The position numbers and the translations under genes are program-made. The notes under the pieces were generated by a model. That model did not search any database and was not told the origin of the DNA. It saw only the letters and a list, made by a program, of their open reading frames with translations. Shown here one piece after another: positions 1 through 9,833 of a stretch of DNA of 64,000 nt. Numbering within the stretch: position 1 is the first letter of the stretch; each line of letters opens with the position of its first letter. The stretch is from Longimicrobiales bacterium (lineage in GTDB: Bacteria > Gemmatimonadota > Gemmatimonadetes > Longimicrobiales > Gaopeijiaceae), in assembly GCA_965203485.1 (NCBI GenBank), contig OZ241892.1, forward strand, positions 1,728,001 through 1,792,000. The letters run 5' to 3'.

Positions 1-39
1 CCGGGGCGGAGGGTCGCCGGAAACGCGCCGGCGCCACGC

Positions 40-68
40 TGGACAGGCGCCCGGCGAGCACTTATGAT
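40..68 (+). promoter_or_regulatory. Putative sigma70-type promoter for glnA
   Basis: TGGACA (40-45), 17-nt spacer, TATGAT (63-68), about 90 bp upstream of the glnA ATG; an AT-rich hexamer in very GC-rich DNA. Confidence 0.5.
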
Positions 69-160
69 TCGCGCGCTCGGCCGGCGTGCCGAGTCCCGAT
101 CGTGCCGCCCCTGCCTGGGTTCGGCGCACCACCGTTCCCCCCGACCCGAAAGACCACCCG

Positions 161-1570
161 ATGGCAGATCGAGAAGCCGTTTTCAAGGCCGTCCGCGACG
201 AGAAGGTCGAGTTCGTCGACCTTCGCTTCACCGACCCGCGCGGGCGGTGGCACCACGTGACCCTGACACCCGAGGTCTTCGACGAAGACGCGTTCGACGA
301 CGGCGTGATGTTCGACGGTTCGTCCATCAACGGATGGAAGAGCATCGACCAGTCCGACATGGCCCTGTTCCCCGATCCCGCCACGTACGGCATCGATCCG
401 TTCATGGGCGCGCGCACGCTGTACATCGTCTGCGACGTGCACGAGCCGACCACCGGCGAACGCTATTCCCGTTGCCCGCGCTGCACGGCGAAGGACGCGG
501 AGGCGTACCTCAAGTACTCGGGCATCGGCGACACGGCCTACTTCGGCCCCGAGCCCGAGTTCTTCCTGTTCGACGACGTCCGCTTCGGCGTGCACGCGAA
601 CAACACGTTCTTCCACCTCGACGACGGCGAAGGGCCCTACAACACGGGCGCGGCGCTCGCCGAAGGCAACAAGGGGCACCGCCCCCGCACCAAGGGCGGC
701 TACTTTCCGTTGCCTCCCGTCGACTCGGCGCAGGACGTGCGGGGCGACATGCTGACCGCGTTGCGCGCCGCCGGCGTCGGCGTCGAGAAGCATCATCACG
801 AAGTGGCGGCCAGCCAGCACGAACTCGGCATTCGCTTCGAGCCGCTCACCGTGATGGGCGACAAGTTGCAGGTCTACCGGTACGTCGTCCTGAACGTGGC
901 CGCCCGCCACGGCAAGACCGCGACGTTCATGCCGAAGCCCGTCGTGGGAGACAACGGCTCGGGCATGCACACCAACCAGTCCCTCTGGAAGGACGGCGAG
1001 GGCATCTTCTCGGGGGCGGGGTACGCCGACCTCTCGGAAACCGCGCTCCACTACATCGGCGGCATCATGAAGCACGCCCGCGCGATCAACGCCTTCGCCA
1101 ACCCGAGCACCAACAGCTACAAGCGGCTGGTGCCCGGCTTCGAGGCGCCGGTCCTGCTGGCCTACTCCGCGCGCAACCGGTCCGCGTCCTGCCGCATCCC
1201 CCACGTCTCGTCGCCCAAGGCGCGCCGGGTGGAAGTGCGCTTCCCCGACGCCACCGCCAACCCCTACTTGGCGTTCTCGGCCATGCTGATGGCCGGACTG
1301 GACGGCATCGAGAACCGAATCGACCCCGGCCCGCCGATGGACAAGGACCTCTACGCGTTGCCGCCCGAGGAACTCAAGGACATTCCCACCGTCGCGACGT
1401 CGTTGCGCGAGGCGCTGGACGCGCTCGGCGCCGACTCCGAGTTCCTCACCCGGGGCGACGTGTTCACCAAGGACCAGATCGACGCGTACGTCGAACTCAA
1501 GATGGAGGACGTGGTCCGCTTCGAGCAGGCGCCGCACCCGGTGGAGTTCGACATGTACTTCTCTCCTTGA
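161..1570 (+). CDS. glnA: Type I glutamine synthetase (adenylylatable GSI-beta)
   Basis: [62 protein letters not shown]; adenylylation motif [11 protein letters not shown] at 161. Confidence 0.97.
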   Translation: MADREAVFKAVRDEKVEFVDLRFTDPRGRWHHVTLTPEVFDEDAFDDGVMFDGSSINGWKSIDQSDMALFPDPATYGIDPFMGARTLYIVCDVHEPTTGERYSRCPRCTAKDAEAYLKYSGIGDTAYFGPEPEFFLFDDVRFGVHANNTFFHLDDGEGPYNTGAALAEGNKGHRPRTKGGYFPLPPVDSAQDVRGDMLTALRAAGVGVEKHHHEVAASQHELGIRFEPLTVMGDKLQVYRYVVLNVAARHGKTATFMPKPVVGDNGSGMHTNQSLWKDGEGIFSGAGYADLSETALHYIGGIMKHARAINAFANPSTNSYKRLVPGFEAPVLLAYSARNRSASCRIPHVSSPKARRVEVRFPDATANPYLAFSAMLMAGLDGIENRIDPGPPMDKDLYALPPEELKDIPTVATSLREALDALGADSEFLTRGDVFTKDQIDAYVELKMEDVVRFEQAPHPVEFDMYFSP

Positions 1571-1670
1571 CGGGGACACGACGCTGACCCGGAGCGTTCT
1601 CGCCGCGGCCGCCGGCGCGCCGGGGTTCGGCGACCTGAGGGGGCACCGAGCGGACAACGCCGCAGCGGGC

Positions 1671-4598
1671 ATGGAGCGTCTGCGGAGCGCGGCCGCGCGC
1701 GTGAAGCGCGTCGCGCTCGCAGACGCGCTGGAGTCGGCGGAGGGCCGGGTCTTCTTCTCGTTTCTCTGCGGCAACAGCCCGTATCTGAGCCGCCTGCTGC
1801 TGCGCGATCTCGAATTCACCGAGACGCTGGTCCTCGAGGCGCCGGACGCCGTCGTTGCCGGCATCAAGCAAGAGCTGGAGGCCGCGGATCCAGCAATGCC
1901 GCGCGACGCGCTGATGACGTTCTTGCGCCGGCAGCGGAGCCGGGTCGCCGTGGTCGCGGCCGCCTACGACTGCTTCGGGGTCGCCGACGTGATGGCGTGC
2001 GCCAAGCTGCTCTCCGAGATGGCCGACCACGCGGTGCGCTTGGCGACGACTCACCTGCTGCGCGACCGCGTGGCCCGGGGCGAGCTGGCGTGCAACGCAG
2101 CGGAGGGCGAGACCGAGCCGGGGGACGCGGGCCGGCTCGGCTACTTCGTGCTGGCGATGGGCAAGCACGGCTCGGGCGAACTCAACTACTCCTCGGACAT
2201 CGACCTCATCGTCCTCTACGACCCCGAAGCGGTGCGCTACACGGGCCCCAAGTCGCTCAAGGACTGCTTCGTGCGGGTGACCCGCGATCTGGCCCGCATC
2301 CTCCAGGCGCGGACGGGCGACGGCTACGTGTTCCGCACCGACCTGCGCCTGCGCCCCGACGCGTCCTCGACGCCGCCCGCCATCACGGTGGACTTCGCGG
2401 CCGACTACTACGAGCGGCTCGGGCGCACGTGGGAGCGGGCCGCGATGATCAAGGCGCGGCCCGTGGCGGGCGACCTCGCCGCGGGCGCCGCGTTCCTGAA
2501 GCGGCTGTCTCCGTTCGTGTGGGAGGAGGGTCTCGACTTCACGTCCGTGGAGGAGATCCGCTCGATGAGCCAGCAGATCCACGACTTCCACGGGCACGGC
2601 GCCGTGCGGGCTGCGGGCCACGACGTCAAGCTGGGCCGCGGCGGCATCCGCGAGATCGAGTTCTTCGTTCACATGCACCAGCTCGCCTACGGCGGACGCA
2701 ACCGGCGGCTGCGGGACCCCGGCATCCTCTCGATGCTACAAGTCCTGGAGGACGAGAACCACGTCCTGCCGCGCGAAGCCGCGGACCTGGGCGAGGCGTA
2801 CGTCCTGCTCCGCCGCGTCGAGCACCGGTTGCAGATGGTCAACGACGACCAGACCCAAAAGCTGCCCGAAAGCAACGACGGCATGGAGCACGTCGCCGCC
2901 TTCATGGGCTTGGACTCGGCGGAAGCGCTTGCGAATCTCGTCGAGAGCTCCGCCACCGGCGCGCACGCCATCTACCGCACTCGCTTCAACGTGCCGGAGA
3001 CCGAGCAGGACATCACGGCGGCCGTGCTGGAGGGACCCGAAGGCAGCGAAGAGGCCGTGGCCAGGCTTCAGGCGGCGGGCTTCGAGCGCGCGCTCACGGC
3101 GAGCGAGACGTTCCGCGGATGGGCGGCCGGCGTGCACGCCTCCACGCGCTCCGAGCGGGCGCGCGCCATCGTGCGCGAGATCCTGCACGAGATCATCGCG
3201 GCGCTGGGCAGGACCCCGGATCCGGATCGCGCGCTGACCCGAATGAACCGGTTCCTGCAGGCGTTGCCCGAGGACGTCTCCTTCTTCTCGATGCTGCGCG
3301 CCAACACGTGGCTGCTGAACTTGATCGCGGTCGTGATGGGCGGCGCACCGCGCATCGCCGACGCCCTGGGCGCCAACCCGAGGCTGCTCCAGGCCGTGCT
3401 CGACCCCGCCTTCTTCCTGACGATGCCCGACAAGGCCGCGCTGGCCGAGGAACTGGCCGAGCGCCTGGAGGGCGTGGACGACCCGGAGGACCGGCTCGCG
3501 CGCACCTCGAGCTGGGCGAGCGACCGCCGCTTCCAAGCCGGCGTGCAGACCCTCCAGAACTTGGTCACCGTGGACGAGGCGTCCGAAGCCCTGACCGACA
3601 TCGCCGACGTGGCCACGTCCACCATCTTCGCCGACGTGCTCTCGGCGCTGGAGCGCGAGCACGGCACGGTGCCCGGCAAGGGGTGCGCCGTGCTGGGCCT
3701 GGGCAAGCTGGGCGCCCGCGAGATGACCTTCGAGTCCGACCTGGACCTGATCTTCTTCGCCGACGTCCCGGACGAGAGTCTGATGTCGTCCGGCCCGCGC
3801 CCCATCGAAGCCAAACGCTACTACGCGCGCGCCGCCCAGCAGGTAATTGCCGCCCTGCAGAGCCGCTCCGCCGCTTCTGGCAAGCTCTACGAGGTCGACA
3901 TGCGGCTTCGTCCGTCCGGCAAGAGCGGACCGCTGGTGACGACGCTGGACGCGTTTCGGATCTACCACGAGGGCCTCGCCGACACGTGGGAGGAGATGTC
4001 GCTGACGCGCTCGAGGATCGTTTGCGGCACGCCGGGCGCCCGCGACGCCGTGGCCGAGCAGATCGAAGCCGTCTTGACGCGCCCACGGGACGCCGCCGAA
4101 CTCCGCCGGGACGTCGCCCGAATGCGCGAGCGCGTGGCCGCGGAGTACCCCTCGGACGATCCGTTCGAGGTGAAGTACGTGCGCGGCGGCTTGGTGGACT
4201 TGGAGTTCGTCGCGCAGTATCTTCAGCTGTTGCACGCCCACGCGCGTCCCGCGGTCCTCGTCGCCGGAACGGCCAAGTGCTTCGAAGCGCTGGAGGAGGC
4301 GGGCGTGTTGCCGCGGCGCGAAGCGGACGTTGCGGGATCGGACGCCACGCAGAACAACGCCGGGGCCGAGGCCGGATTGCTCGCCGAGGCAGTCCGCTTC
4401 CAGCGCGCGGTCCAGGCGCTGTTGCGACTGGCGTGGAGCGAAAGCGCCCCGGTCGGCGCCGCGCCGGAGACGTTGCAGAGGAAGCTGGCCAATGCGCTCG
4501 AACACGATACCTTCGAAGAGCTGGACGCGCGGTTGCGCGACGTGCAGGCGAAGGCGTTCGACAGGTTTCGCGCCCATCTCGGCGCCGGCGCGGCCTAG
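1671..4598 (+). CDS. glnE: Bifunctional GS adenylyltransferase / adenylyl-removing enzyme
   Basis: Two nucleotidyltransferase domains (MGKHGSGELNYSSDIDL...DLRLRP and LGKLGAREMTFESDLDL...DMRLRPSG), KLGRGGIREIEF, KYVRGGLVDLEF. The frame is open upstream to a CTG at 1584, so the start is uncertain. Confidence 0.95.
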   Translation: MERLRSAAARVKRVALADALESAEGRVFFSFLCGNSPYLSRLLLRDLEFTETLVLEAPDAVVAGIKQELEAADPAMPRDALMTFLRRQRSRVAVVAAAYDCFGVADVMACAKLLSEMADHAVRLATTHLLRDRVARGELACNAAEGETEPGDAGRLGYFVLAMGKHGSGELNYSSDIDLIVLYDPEAVRYTGPKSLKDCFVRVTRDLARILQARTGDGYVFRTDLRLRPDASSTPPAITVDFAADYYERLGRTWERAAMIKARPVAGDLAAGAAFLKRLSPFVWEEGLDFTSVEEIRSMSQQIHDFHGHGAVRAAGHDVKLGRGGIREIEFFVHMHQLAYGGRNRRLRDPGILSMLQVLEDENHVLPREAADLGEAYVLLRRVEHRLQMVNDDQTQKLPESNDGMEHVAAFMGLDSAEALANLVESSATGAHAIYRTRFNVPETEQDITAAVLEGPEGSEEAVARLQAAGFERALTASETFRGWAAGVHASTRSERARAIVREILHEIIAALGRTPDPDRALTRMNRFLQALPEDVSFFSMLRANTWLLNLIAVVMGGAPRIADALGANPRLLQAVLDPAFFLTMPDKAALAEELAERLEGVDDPEDRLARTSSWASDRRFQAGVQTLQNLVTVDEASEALTDIADVATSTIFADVLSALEREHGTVPGKGCAVLGLGKLGAREMTFESDLDLIFFADVPDESLMSSGPRPIEAKRYYARAAQQVIAALQSRSAASGKLYEVDMRLRPSGKSGPLVTTLDAFRIYHEGLADTWEEMSLTRSRIVCGTPGARDAVAEQIEAVLTRPRDAAELRRDVARMRERVAAEYPSDDPFEVKYVRGGLVDLEFVAQYLQLLHAHARPAVLVAGTAKCFEALEEAGVLPRREADVAGSDATQNNAGAEAGLLAEAVRFQRAVQALLRLAWSESAPVGAAPETLQRKLANALEHDTFEELDARLRDVQAKAFDRFRAHLGAGAA

Positions 4599-4636
4599 CT
4601 CCGCCCGCAGCGCGCGTCGAGCGGCCCCGGCCTAGG

Positions 4637-5083
4637 ATGGACGCTTCGCTCGAGGTAAGCGTAAAGGCCAGCTCCTCGGAGCCACGGCGGGTGGCGGAGC
4701 TGTTCGAGCGCTTCGGCGAAGAGCACGATGTTCCTCCGCCGGTCCTGATGCGCATGGAACTCGCGCTCGACGAAGTGCTGACCAACGTCGTCAGCTACGC
4801 GTTCCCCGGGGACGCCGGAGACGCCGCCATCACGGTGGCCATGCAGATCCGCGAGGGTCGCGTTACAATATGCGTCGAAGACAACGGACCGCCCTTCGAC
4901 CCGCTCACGGAGGCGCCCGAGCCGGACGTGGACCTGCCGGCCGAGGAACGCGAGATCGGCGGACTCGGCGTGCACCTTGCCAAGACGTTCGTCCAGACAT
5001 TGCGCTACGAGCGCGTGGACGGGCGCAATCGCCTCACCCTAGAACAGCCCCTGGACGGCCAACCGGAGAACCCTACCTCATGA
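4637..5083 (+). CDS. RsbW-like anti-sigma factor / Ser kinase (HATPase_c_2)
   Basis: ELALDEVLTNVVSYA (N box), EDNGPPFDP, GGLGVHL; its stop overlaps the STAS start (ATGA). Confidence 0.88.
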   Translation: MDASLEVSVKASSSEPRRVAELFERFGEEHDVPPPVLMRMELALDEVLTNVVSYAFPGDAGDAAITVAMQIREGRVTICVEDNGPPFDPLTEAPEPDVDLPAEEREIGGLGVHLAKTFVQTLRYERVDGRNRLTLEQPLDGQPENPTS

Positions 5084-5415
5084 AAGTCACGACGAGCACC
5101 AGTGGAACCGCGACCGTCGCCGCAGTAGAGGGCCGCGTCGATTCCGCCAACGCCAAGGACCTGGACCAGGAACTCGGCGCCATCATCGATTCGGGCGAAA
5201 GCCGCCTGGTCGTGGACTGCAGCGACCTCAGGTACATCAGCAGCGCCGGGCTCCGCGCGCTCCTCGTGGCAATCAAGCGGACCAACAAGGAAGGCGGCGG
5301 CGTCGCCATGTGCCAAGTGCCCGACCACATCCGCGAGGTCCTCGAGGTGAGCGGCTTCACCCGTCTCACGAAGGTCTTCGGCACGATAGAGGAAGCCGCC
5401 GCCAGCTTCGACTGA
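5080..5415 (+). CDS. STAS-domain anti-sigma factor antagonist (RsbV/SpoIIAA-like)
   Basis: GRVDS, DCSDLRYISSAGLR with the phosphoacceptor Ser, EVSGF; 111 aa. Confidence 0.9.
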   Translation: MKVTTSTSGTATVAAVEGRVDSANAKDLDQELGAIIDSGESRLVVDCSDLRYISSAGLRALLVAIKRTNKEGGGVAMCQVPDHIREVLEVSGFTRLTKVFGTIEEAAASFD

Positions 5416-5633
5416 CCCGGGACCCGGGGGCGAGGCGGAATCCCGGAGATCCCCCGTCGCCCCCTCGCCGGTGCAATCCCGGCTTTGACGGCGGGGTCCG
5501 CCACCTGCCCGCGCGTGCCTCCCGGTGCGCAAGCAATGCGACAGCCGACGCTCGCCGCGTGGTCTCGGCCGCCTGCGGTGGTCCGGCCGCCTGCAAGAGT
5601 CGGCCGGCCGCAACGCGCCGGGACGGACTAGAA

Positions 5634-6707
5634 CTAGAAGAACATGAACGCCTGGACCTTGAAGGACCACTCCGTCGTGTCTTCGATGGTGCGGTAAAGG
5701 TCCATGTTGGCCGCAATTCCGTTCCATCCGGCCAAGTAGACCATGAAACCGGGAGTGAAGACCATGCCGCTGGCGTCTTCGCCGTCCCCGTCCTCGGTGC
5801 TGGCCCAGCTCACGCGCAACAGGGGCTCGACCGCGTCCACGCGGCTGCCGGCGAGCGGAAGATGCCAAGCGCCCATGGCCTGGAACGCCGTGAAGGCCGC
5901 GTCCTCGGCGACCCTCCAGTTGCGGCCGCGCAACAGGTTCACGAGCAGATGGGGCCCGGCCTGCCGCCATCCGCCGGACTCGAACTCCAGCCCGGTCGCC
6001 GGCAGCCAGCAGGTCTCCCCGTCCTCGCAGTGGGTCTCGTCCATGGCGGCGTACGCGGAGAACCGGCTTTTTTCGCCCAGGAACACGGAGACGCGGCCCG
6101 ACGCCGACTTCTCGTTGTTGACGTCCTTCTTGCCGATGCCCTCTCCGTTGGTCAGCGTCATCCGGTAGCCCAAGCGTCCGCCGTCGGCGCCGCCGAACCG
6201 GCCGGTGGCCAGCAGGCCGGGCTCGTAGGCGTCGAGGCCCAGCGAGCCGGTCATCTGCCCGAACGAGCACACTCCTCCGACGCCCGGGCACTCGTTCACG
6301 CCGGTGACCCGCCCGTCCCGCTCGATCACGGGCAACTGCGAGTTGGCGGCCAGCCAGAAGTACGACATCGCGCGCTTGAACTGGCCGATCTGCACCTGGA
6401 ACGCGCGCGAAGGCGAGAGCTGCAGCCACGCTTCCAACACGTTGGAGCCCTGCGCGTCGAACTGCACGCGGCCGGACACCAAGTCGTTGAGCCGCCCGTC
6501 CATCGTCACCCAGGCCCGCCGGATGAAGAACGACGACGCCACGTCGTCGCGGCCGGTTTGCTCGTACTGCACCTGGACCCTGCCGCCGAGCGTGACGGTG
6601 GAGCCGTTGCGCGCGGAGATGTCCTGCGCCTCCAGCGAACCGGCGAACCCGGCGGCAACCGCCGCTCCCAGTCCAAAGGCGAGCCTGCCAAGCCGGCTCG
6701 ATGTCAT
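5634..6707 (-). CDS. Outer-membrane porin, OprO/OprP-like
   Basis: Signal peptide, LGGRVQ, FFIRRAW, QIGQFK, alternating beta strands, C-terminal Phe. Confidence 0.7.
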   Translation of the reverse strand: MTSSRLGRLAFGLGAAVAAGFAGSLEAQDISARNGSTVTLGGRVQVQYEQTGRDDVASSFFIRRAWVTMDGRLNDLVSGRVQFDAQGSNVLEAWLQLSPSRAFQVQIGQFKRAMSYFWLAANSQLPVIERDGRVTGVNECPGVGGVCSFGQMTGSLGLDAYEPGLLATGRFGGADGGRLGYRMTLTNGEGIGKKDVNNEKSASGRVSVFLGEKSRFSAYAAMDETHCEDGETCWLPATGLEFESGGWRQAGPHLLVNLLRGRNWRVAEDAAFTAFQAMGAWHLPLAGSRVDAVEPLLRVSWASTEDGDGEDASGMVFTPGFMVYLAGWNGIAANMDLYRTIEDTTEWSFKVQAFMFF

Positions 6708-6886
6708 GTGAGTGCTCCGTTGTTGCGAGAAGCGGTGTCGGCGCGACCCCGCCGGTTCCGGCGCGCTGCGGGGCGCGACGAGACGCCCGTCTTGCGACGG
6801 CCCGAGAGATCACTACCTTGTCTCCCGGCATCCGTCACGTGGCGGCAAGGCTCACCTTCACAGCGGGACGCGGGGAGACCATCGGA

Positions 6887-8287
6887 ATGACAGGCAACCT
6901 AGCGAGCAAGGCGGCGTTCGGCAACGCCGTCCGCGGACGAACCATCCTAGCCCTTCTCTTCGGCGGGGCGGCGCTGCTCTTCCCGGCCGCCCTCGGGGCC
7001 CAGGACGAGACCAGTTTCGTGCTCAACACGTTCTCGTTCCTGGTGTGGGGCGCGCTCGTGATGTGGATGTGCGCCGGCTTCACGATGCTGGAGTCCGGAT
7101 CGGTGCGTTCCAAGAACGCCTCGATGATCTGCATGAAGAACATCGGGCTCTACTCGATCGCGGGCATCGCCTACTACGTGATCGGATACAACCTGATGTA
7201 CGTGGACGTGTCGGGCTTCATCGGCTCGTTCAGCATCTTCTACGGCCCCTCGCCGGCCGAGACGGCCCTGGTGGCCGGCGACGCGGCCGCCACTGCCGAC
7301 GTGACCGGCAACGGCTACGCCGTCATGTCCGATTGGTTCTTCCAGATGGTGTTCGTGGCGACGACCGCGTCGATCGTGTCCGGCGCGTTGGCGGAGCGCG
7401 TGCGCCTTTGGTCGTTCTTCGCCTTCACCGCCCTGCTCACCGCGGCCATCTATCCCGTCGTGGGGGCGTGGACGTGGGGCGGAGGCTGGCTCGCCGAGCG
7501 GGGCTTCAGCGACTTCGCCGGCTCGACGATCGTCCATTCCACGGGCGGATGGGCGGCCCTGGCGGGCATCCTGGTCGTCGGACCGCGCTGGGGGAAGTTT
7601 CGCAAGGACGGGAGCGTCCAGCCCACGCCGCCCTCCAACATTCCGGCGGTCACGCTGGGCGTCTTCATCCTGTGGCTGGGCTGGTTCGCGTTCAACGGCG
7701 GATCGGTCCTCGCGCTGGGCGACGCCGCCTCCGCCGTCAACATGAGCAACGTGATCGTGAACACGAACTTGGCGGCGGCCGCAGGCGTGCTCGCCGCGTT
7801 GCTCGTGTCGCGGCCGATTCTCGGCCGGCTCGATCTGTTCGCCGGCTTGAACGGCGCCATTGCCGGCTTGGTGTCGATCACGGCCGGCCCCGACATCGGC
7901 TCGGGCTGGCGCGCGATGCTGATCGGCGCGGCGGGCGCGATCATCTGCACGTTCGGCCTCAAGTTCCTGGAGAGCAGGAAGCTGGACGACGTGGTCGGGG
8001 CCGTGCCCGCGCACCTCTTCGCGGGCGTTTGGGGCACCATCGCGGTCTGCTTCGGCGGCGACGCCGACTTCGTGGAGCAACTGATCGGCGTCGCGGCCGT
8101 GGGCGCGTTCGTGTTCTTCGTGTCGTGGCTCGTGTGGATTGGACTGGACCGGGTGATCGGCGTGCGCGTCGGCCGCAAGATCGAGGAGATCGGGCAGGAC
8201 GCGGCCGAGCTGGGGATCGACGCGTATCCGGAGTTCGTCCTCATGGTCGACCCGGACGAGGGGAGCGACTACCGCGACGCGGACTGA
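6887..8287 (+). CDS. amtB: Ammonium transporter (Amt family)
   Basis: AGFTMLESG, FFQMVF, GALAER, DFAGSTIVH, LWLGWFAFNGGS, NGAIAGLV, DDVVGAVPAH (twin His). Confidence 0.95.
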   Translation: MTGNLASKAAFGNAVRGRTILALLFGGAALLFPAALGAQDETSFVLNTFSFLVWGALVMWMCAGFTMLESGSVRSKNASMICMKNIGLYSIAGIAYYVIGYNLMYVDVSGFIGSFSIFYGPSPAETALVAGDAAATADVTGNGYAVMSDWFFQMVFVATTASIVSGALAERVRLWSFFAFTALLTAAIYPVVGAWTWGGGWLAERGFSDFAGSTIVHSTGGWAALAGILVVGPRWGKFRKDGSVQPTPPSNIPAVTLGVFILWLGWFAFNGGSVLALGDAASAVNMSNVIVNTNLAAAAGVLAALLVSRPILGRLDLFAGLNGAIAGLVSITAGPDIGSGWRAMLIGAAGAIICTFGLKFLESRKLDDVVGAVPAHLFAGVWGTIAVCFGGDADFVEQLIGVAAVGAFVFFVSWLVWIGLDRVIGVRVGRKIEEIGQDAAELGIDAYPEFVLMVDPDEGSDYRDAD

Positions 8288-8324
8288 GGCACCCGGCGTT
8301 CCCCTCGCCGGAGCCCGGCCGGGC

Positions 8325-9833
8325 ATGGCCGCGCCGACGCCTCCCGTCGCAGGATCGGGGTCGTTCGCGGGCTACGAGCTGGACGCGGCCTTCCACGACG
8401 AGCTCTTCGAGCCCGGCGGGGAGGCGCGTCCGGCCGCGCGTCTGCTCGCCGAGGCCCTGGCGAAGGCGGAGCCGTCCGAACTCCGCATGGTGCAGGACCT
8501 GGTCAACCGGCGCTTCCTGCACGAAGGTATCACCTTCACCGTGCTGGGCGCGGACGAAGTCAGCGAGCAGATCATCCCGATCGACTGCGTGCCGCGCGTG
8601 CTCGCCGCCGACGAATGGGCGTTGGTCGAACGCGGCCTCAAGCAGCGCCTGCGGGCGCTCAACCTGTTCCTGGAGGACATCTACCACCGGGGCCAGTCGA
8701 TTCGCGACAAGGTGGTGCCCGCCGACTTGGCGCTGGGCTGCCCGCAGTACCGGACGGAGATGCGGGGGCTCAAGGTGCCTCACGGCGTGTACGTCGCGGT
8801 GTGCGGGACCGACGTCGTGCGGACGCCGGACGGATTCGCGGTTCTGGAGGACAATCTGCGGGTGCCGTCGGGCGTGTCCTACATGTTGGCTTGCCGCACG
8901 GCCATGAAGGGGGCGTTCCCCGGGCTCTACAGGGAGCACGGGGTGCGCGAGGTGGCCGAGTACCCGGAGCGGCTGCACGCGACGCTGTCGTCGCTGGGGA
9001 TGTCGGGCGAAGAACCGCGGATCGCGCTACTCACGCCCGGGCGCTACAACTCCGCCTACTACGAGCACGCGTTCCTGGCCGGCGAGACCGGAATCGACCT
9101 CGTCGAGGGACGCGACCTGGTGGTGCGCGACGGCGTCCTGTACGCGCGCGCCGTCTCGGGACTGCAGCGGATCGACATCCTCTACCGCCGAATCGACGAC
9201 GACTTCCTGGACCCCGTCGTCTTCCGCCCCGATTCGCTGCTGGGCGTCCCCGGCCTGTTCCACGCCTACCGGGCGGGCAACTTGACGCTGGCCAACGCGC
9301 CCGGCACGGGGGTGGCGGACGACAAGAGCATCTACGCCTGCGTGCCCAGCATCATCCGCTACTTCCTGGACGAGGAGCCCATCCTCCACAACGTGGAGAC
9401 GCACCTGTGCCGCGAGCCCGGCGCGTTGTCCTATGCGCTGAACAACATGGACGAGCTGGTCTTCAAGGAGGTGGGCGGCTCGGGCGGCTACGGGATGCTG
9501 ATCGGGCCGCACGCGTCCAAGCAGGAGAGGTCCGACTACGCCGACCGCGTGCGGGCCGACCCGGCGAACTTCATAGCGCAACCCGTGCTTGCGCTGTCGC
9601 GCGCCGGCTGCTTCGTGGACGGACGCATCGAGCCCAGGCACGTGGATCTTCGGCCGTTCGTGTTGCAGGGACGCCGCGACCTGCACGTCGTGCCCGGCGG
9701 GCTTTGCCGGGTCGCGCTGCGGCGCGGCAGCCTCGTGGTGAACTCCAGCCAGGGCGGCGGATGCAAGGACCTGTGGGTGCTGGCCGGGCGGGATCCAGGC
9801 GGCGCGGCGGCCGAGCGATGCTCGCGACCGTAG
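8325..9833 (+). CDS. Circularly permuted type 2 ATP-grasp ligase
   Basis: VLEDNLRVPSGVSY, LLTPGRYNSAYYEH, YRRIDDDFLDP, NAPGTGVADDK, RHVDLRPF, VVNSSQGGGCKD. Confidence 0.92.
   Translation: MAAPTPPVAGSGSFAGYELDAAFHDELFEPGGEARPAARLLAEALAKAEPSELRMVQDLVNRRFLHEGITFTVLGADEVSEQIIPIDCVPRVLAADEWALVERGLKQRLRALNLFLEDIYHRGQSIRDKVVPADLALGCPQYRTEMRGLKVPHGVYVAVCGTDVVRTPDGFAVLEDNLRVPSGVSYMLACRTAMKGAFPGLYREHGVREVAEYPERLHATLSSLGMSGEEPRIALLTPGRYNSAYYEHAFLAGETGIDLVEGRDLVVRDGVLYARAVSGLQRIDILYRRIDDDFLDPVVFRPDSLLGVPGLFHAYRAGNLTLANAPGTGVADDKSIYACVPSIIRYFLDEEPILHNVETHLCREPGALSYALNNMDELVFKEVGGSGGYGMLIGPHASKQERSDYADRVRADPANFIAQPVLALSRAGCFVDGRIEPRHVDLRPFVLQGRRDLHVVPGGLCRVALRRGSLVVNSSQGGGCKDLWVLAGRDPGGAAAERCSRP

Noticed and set aside
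1997..5083. 1028-aa ORF suggesting a giant kinase
   Set aside because: Only the last 148 codons are protein-like; the rest is an off-frame shadow of glnE
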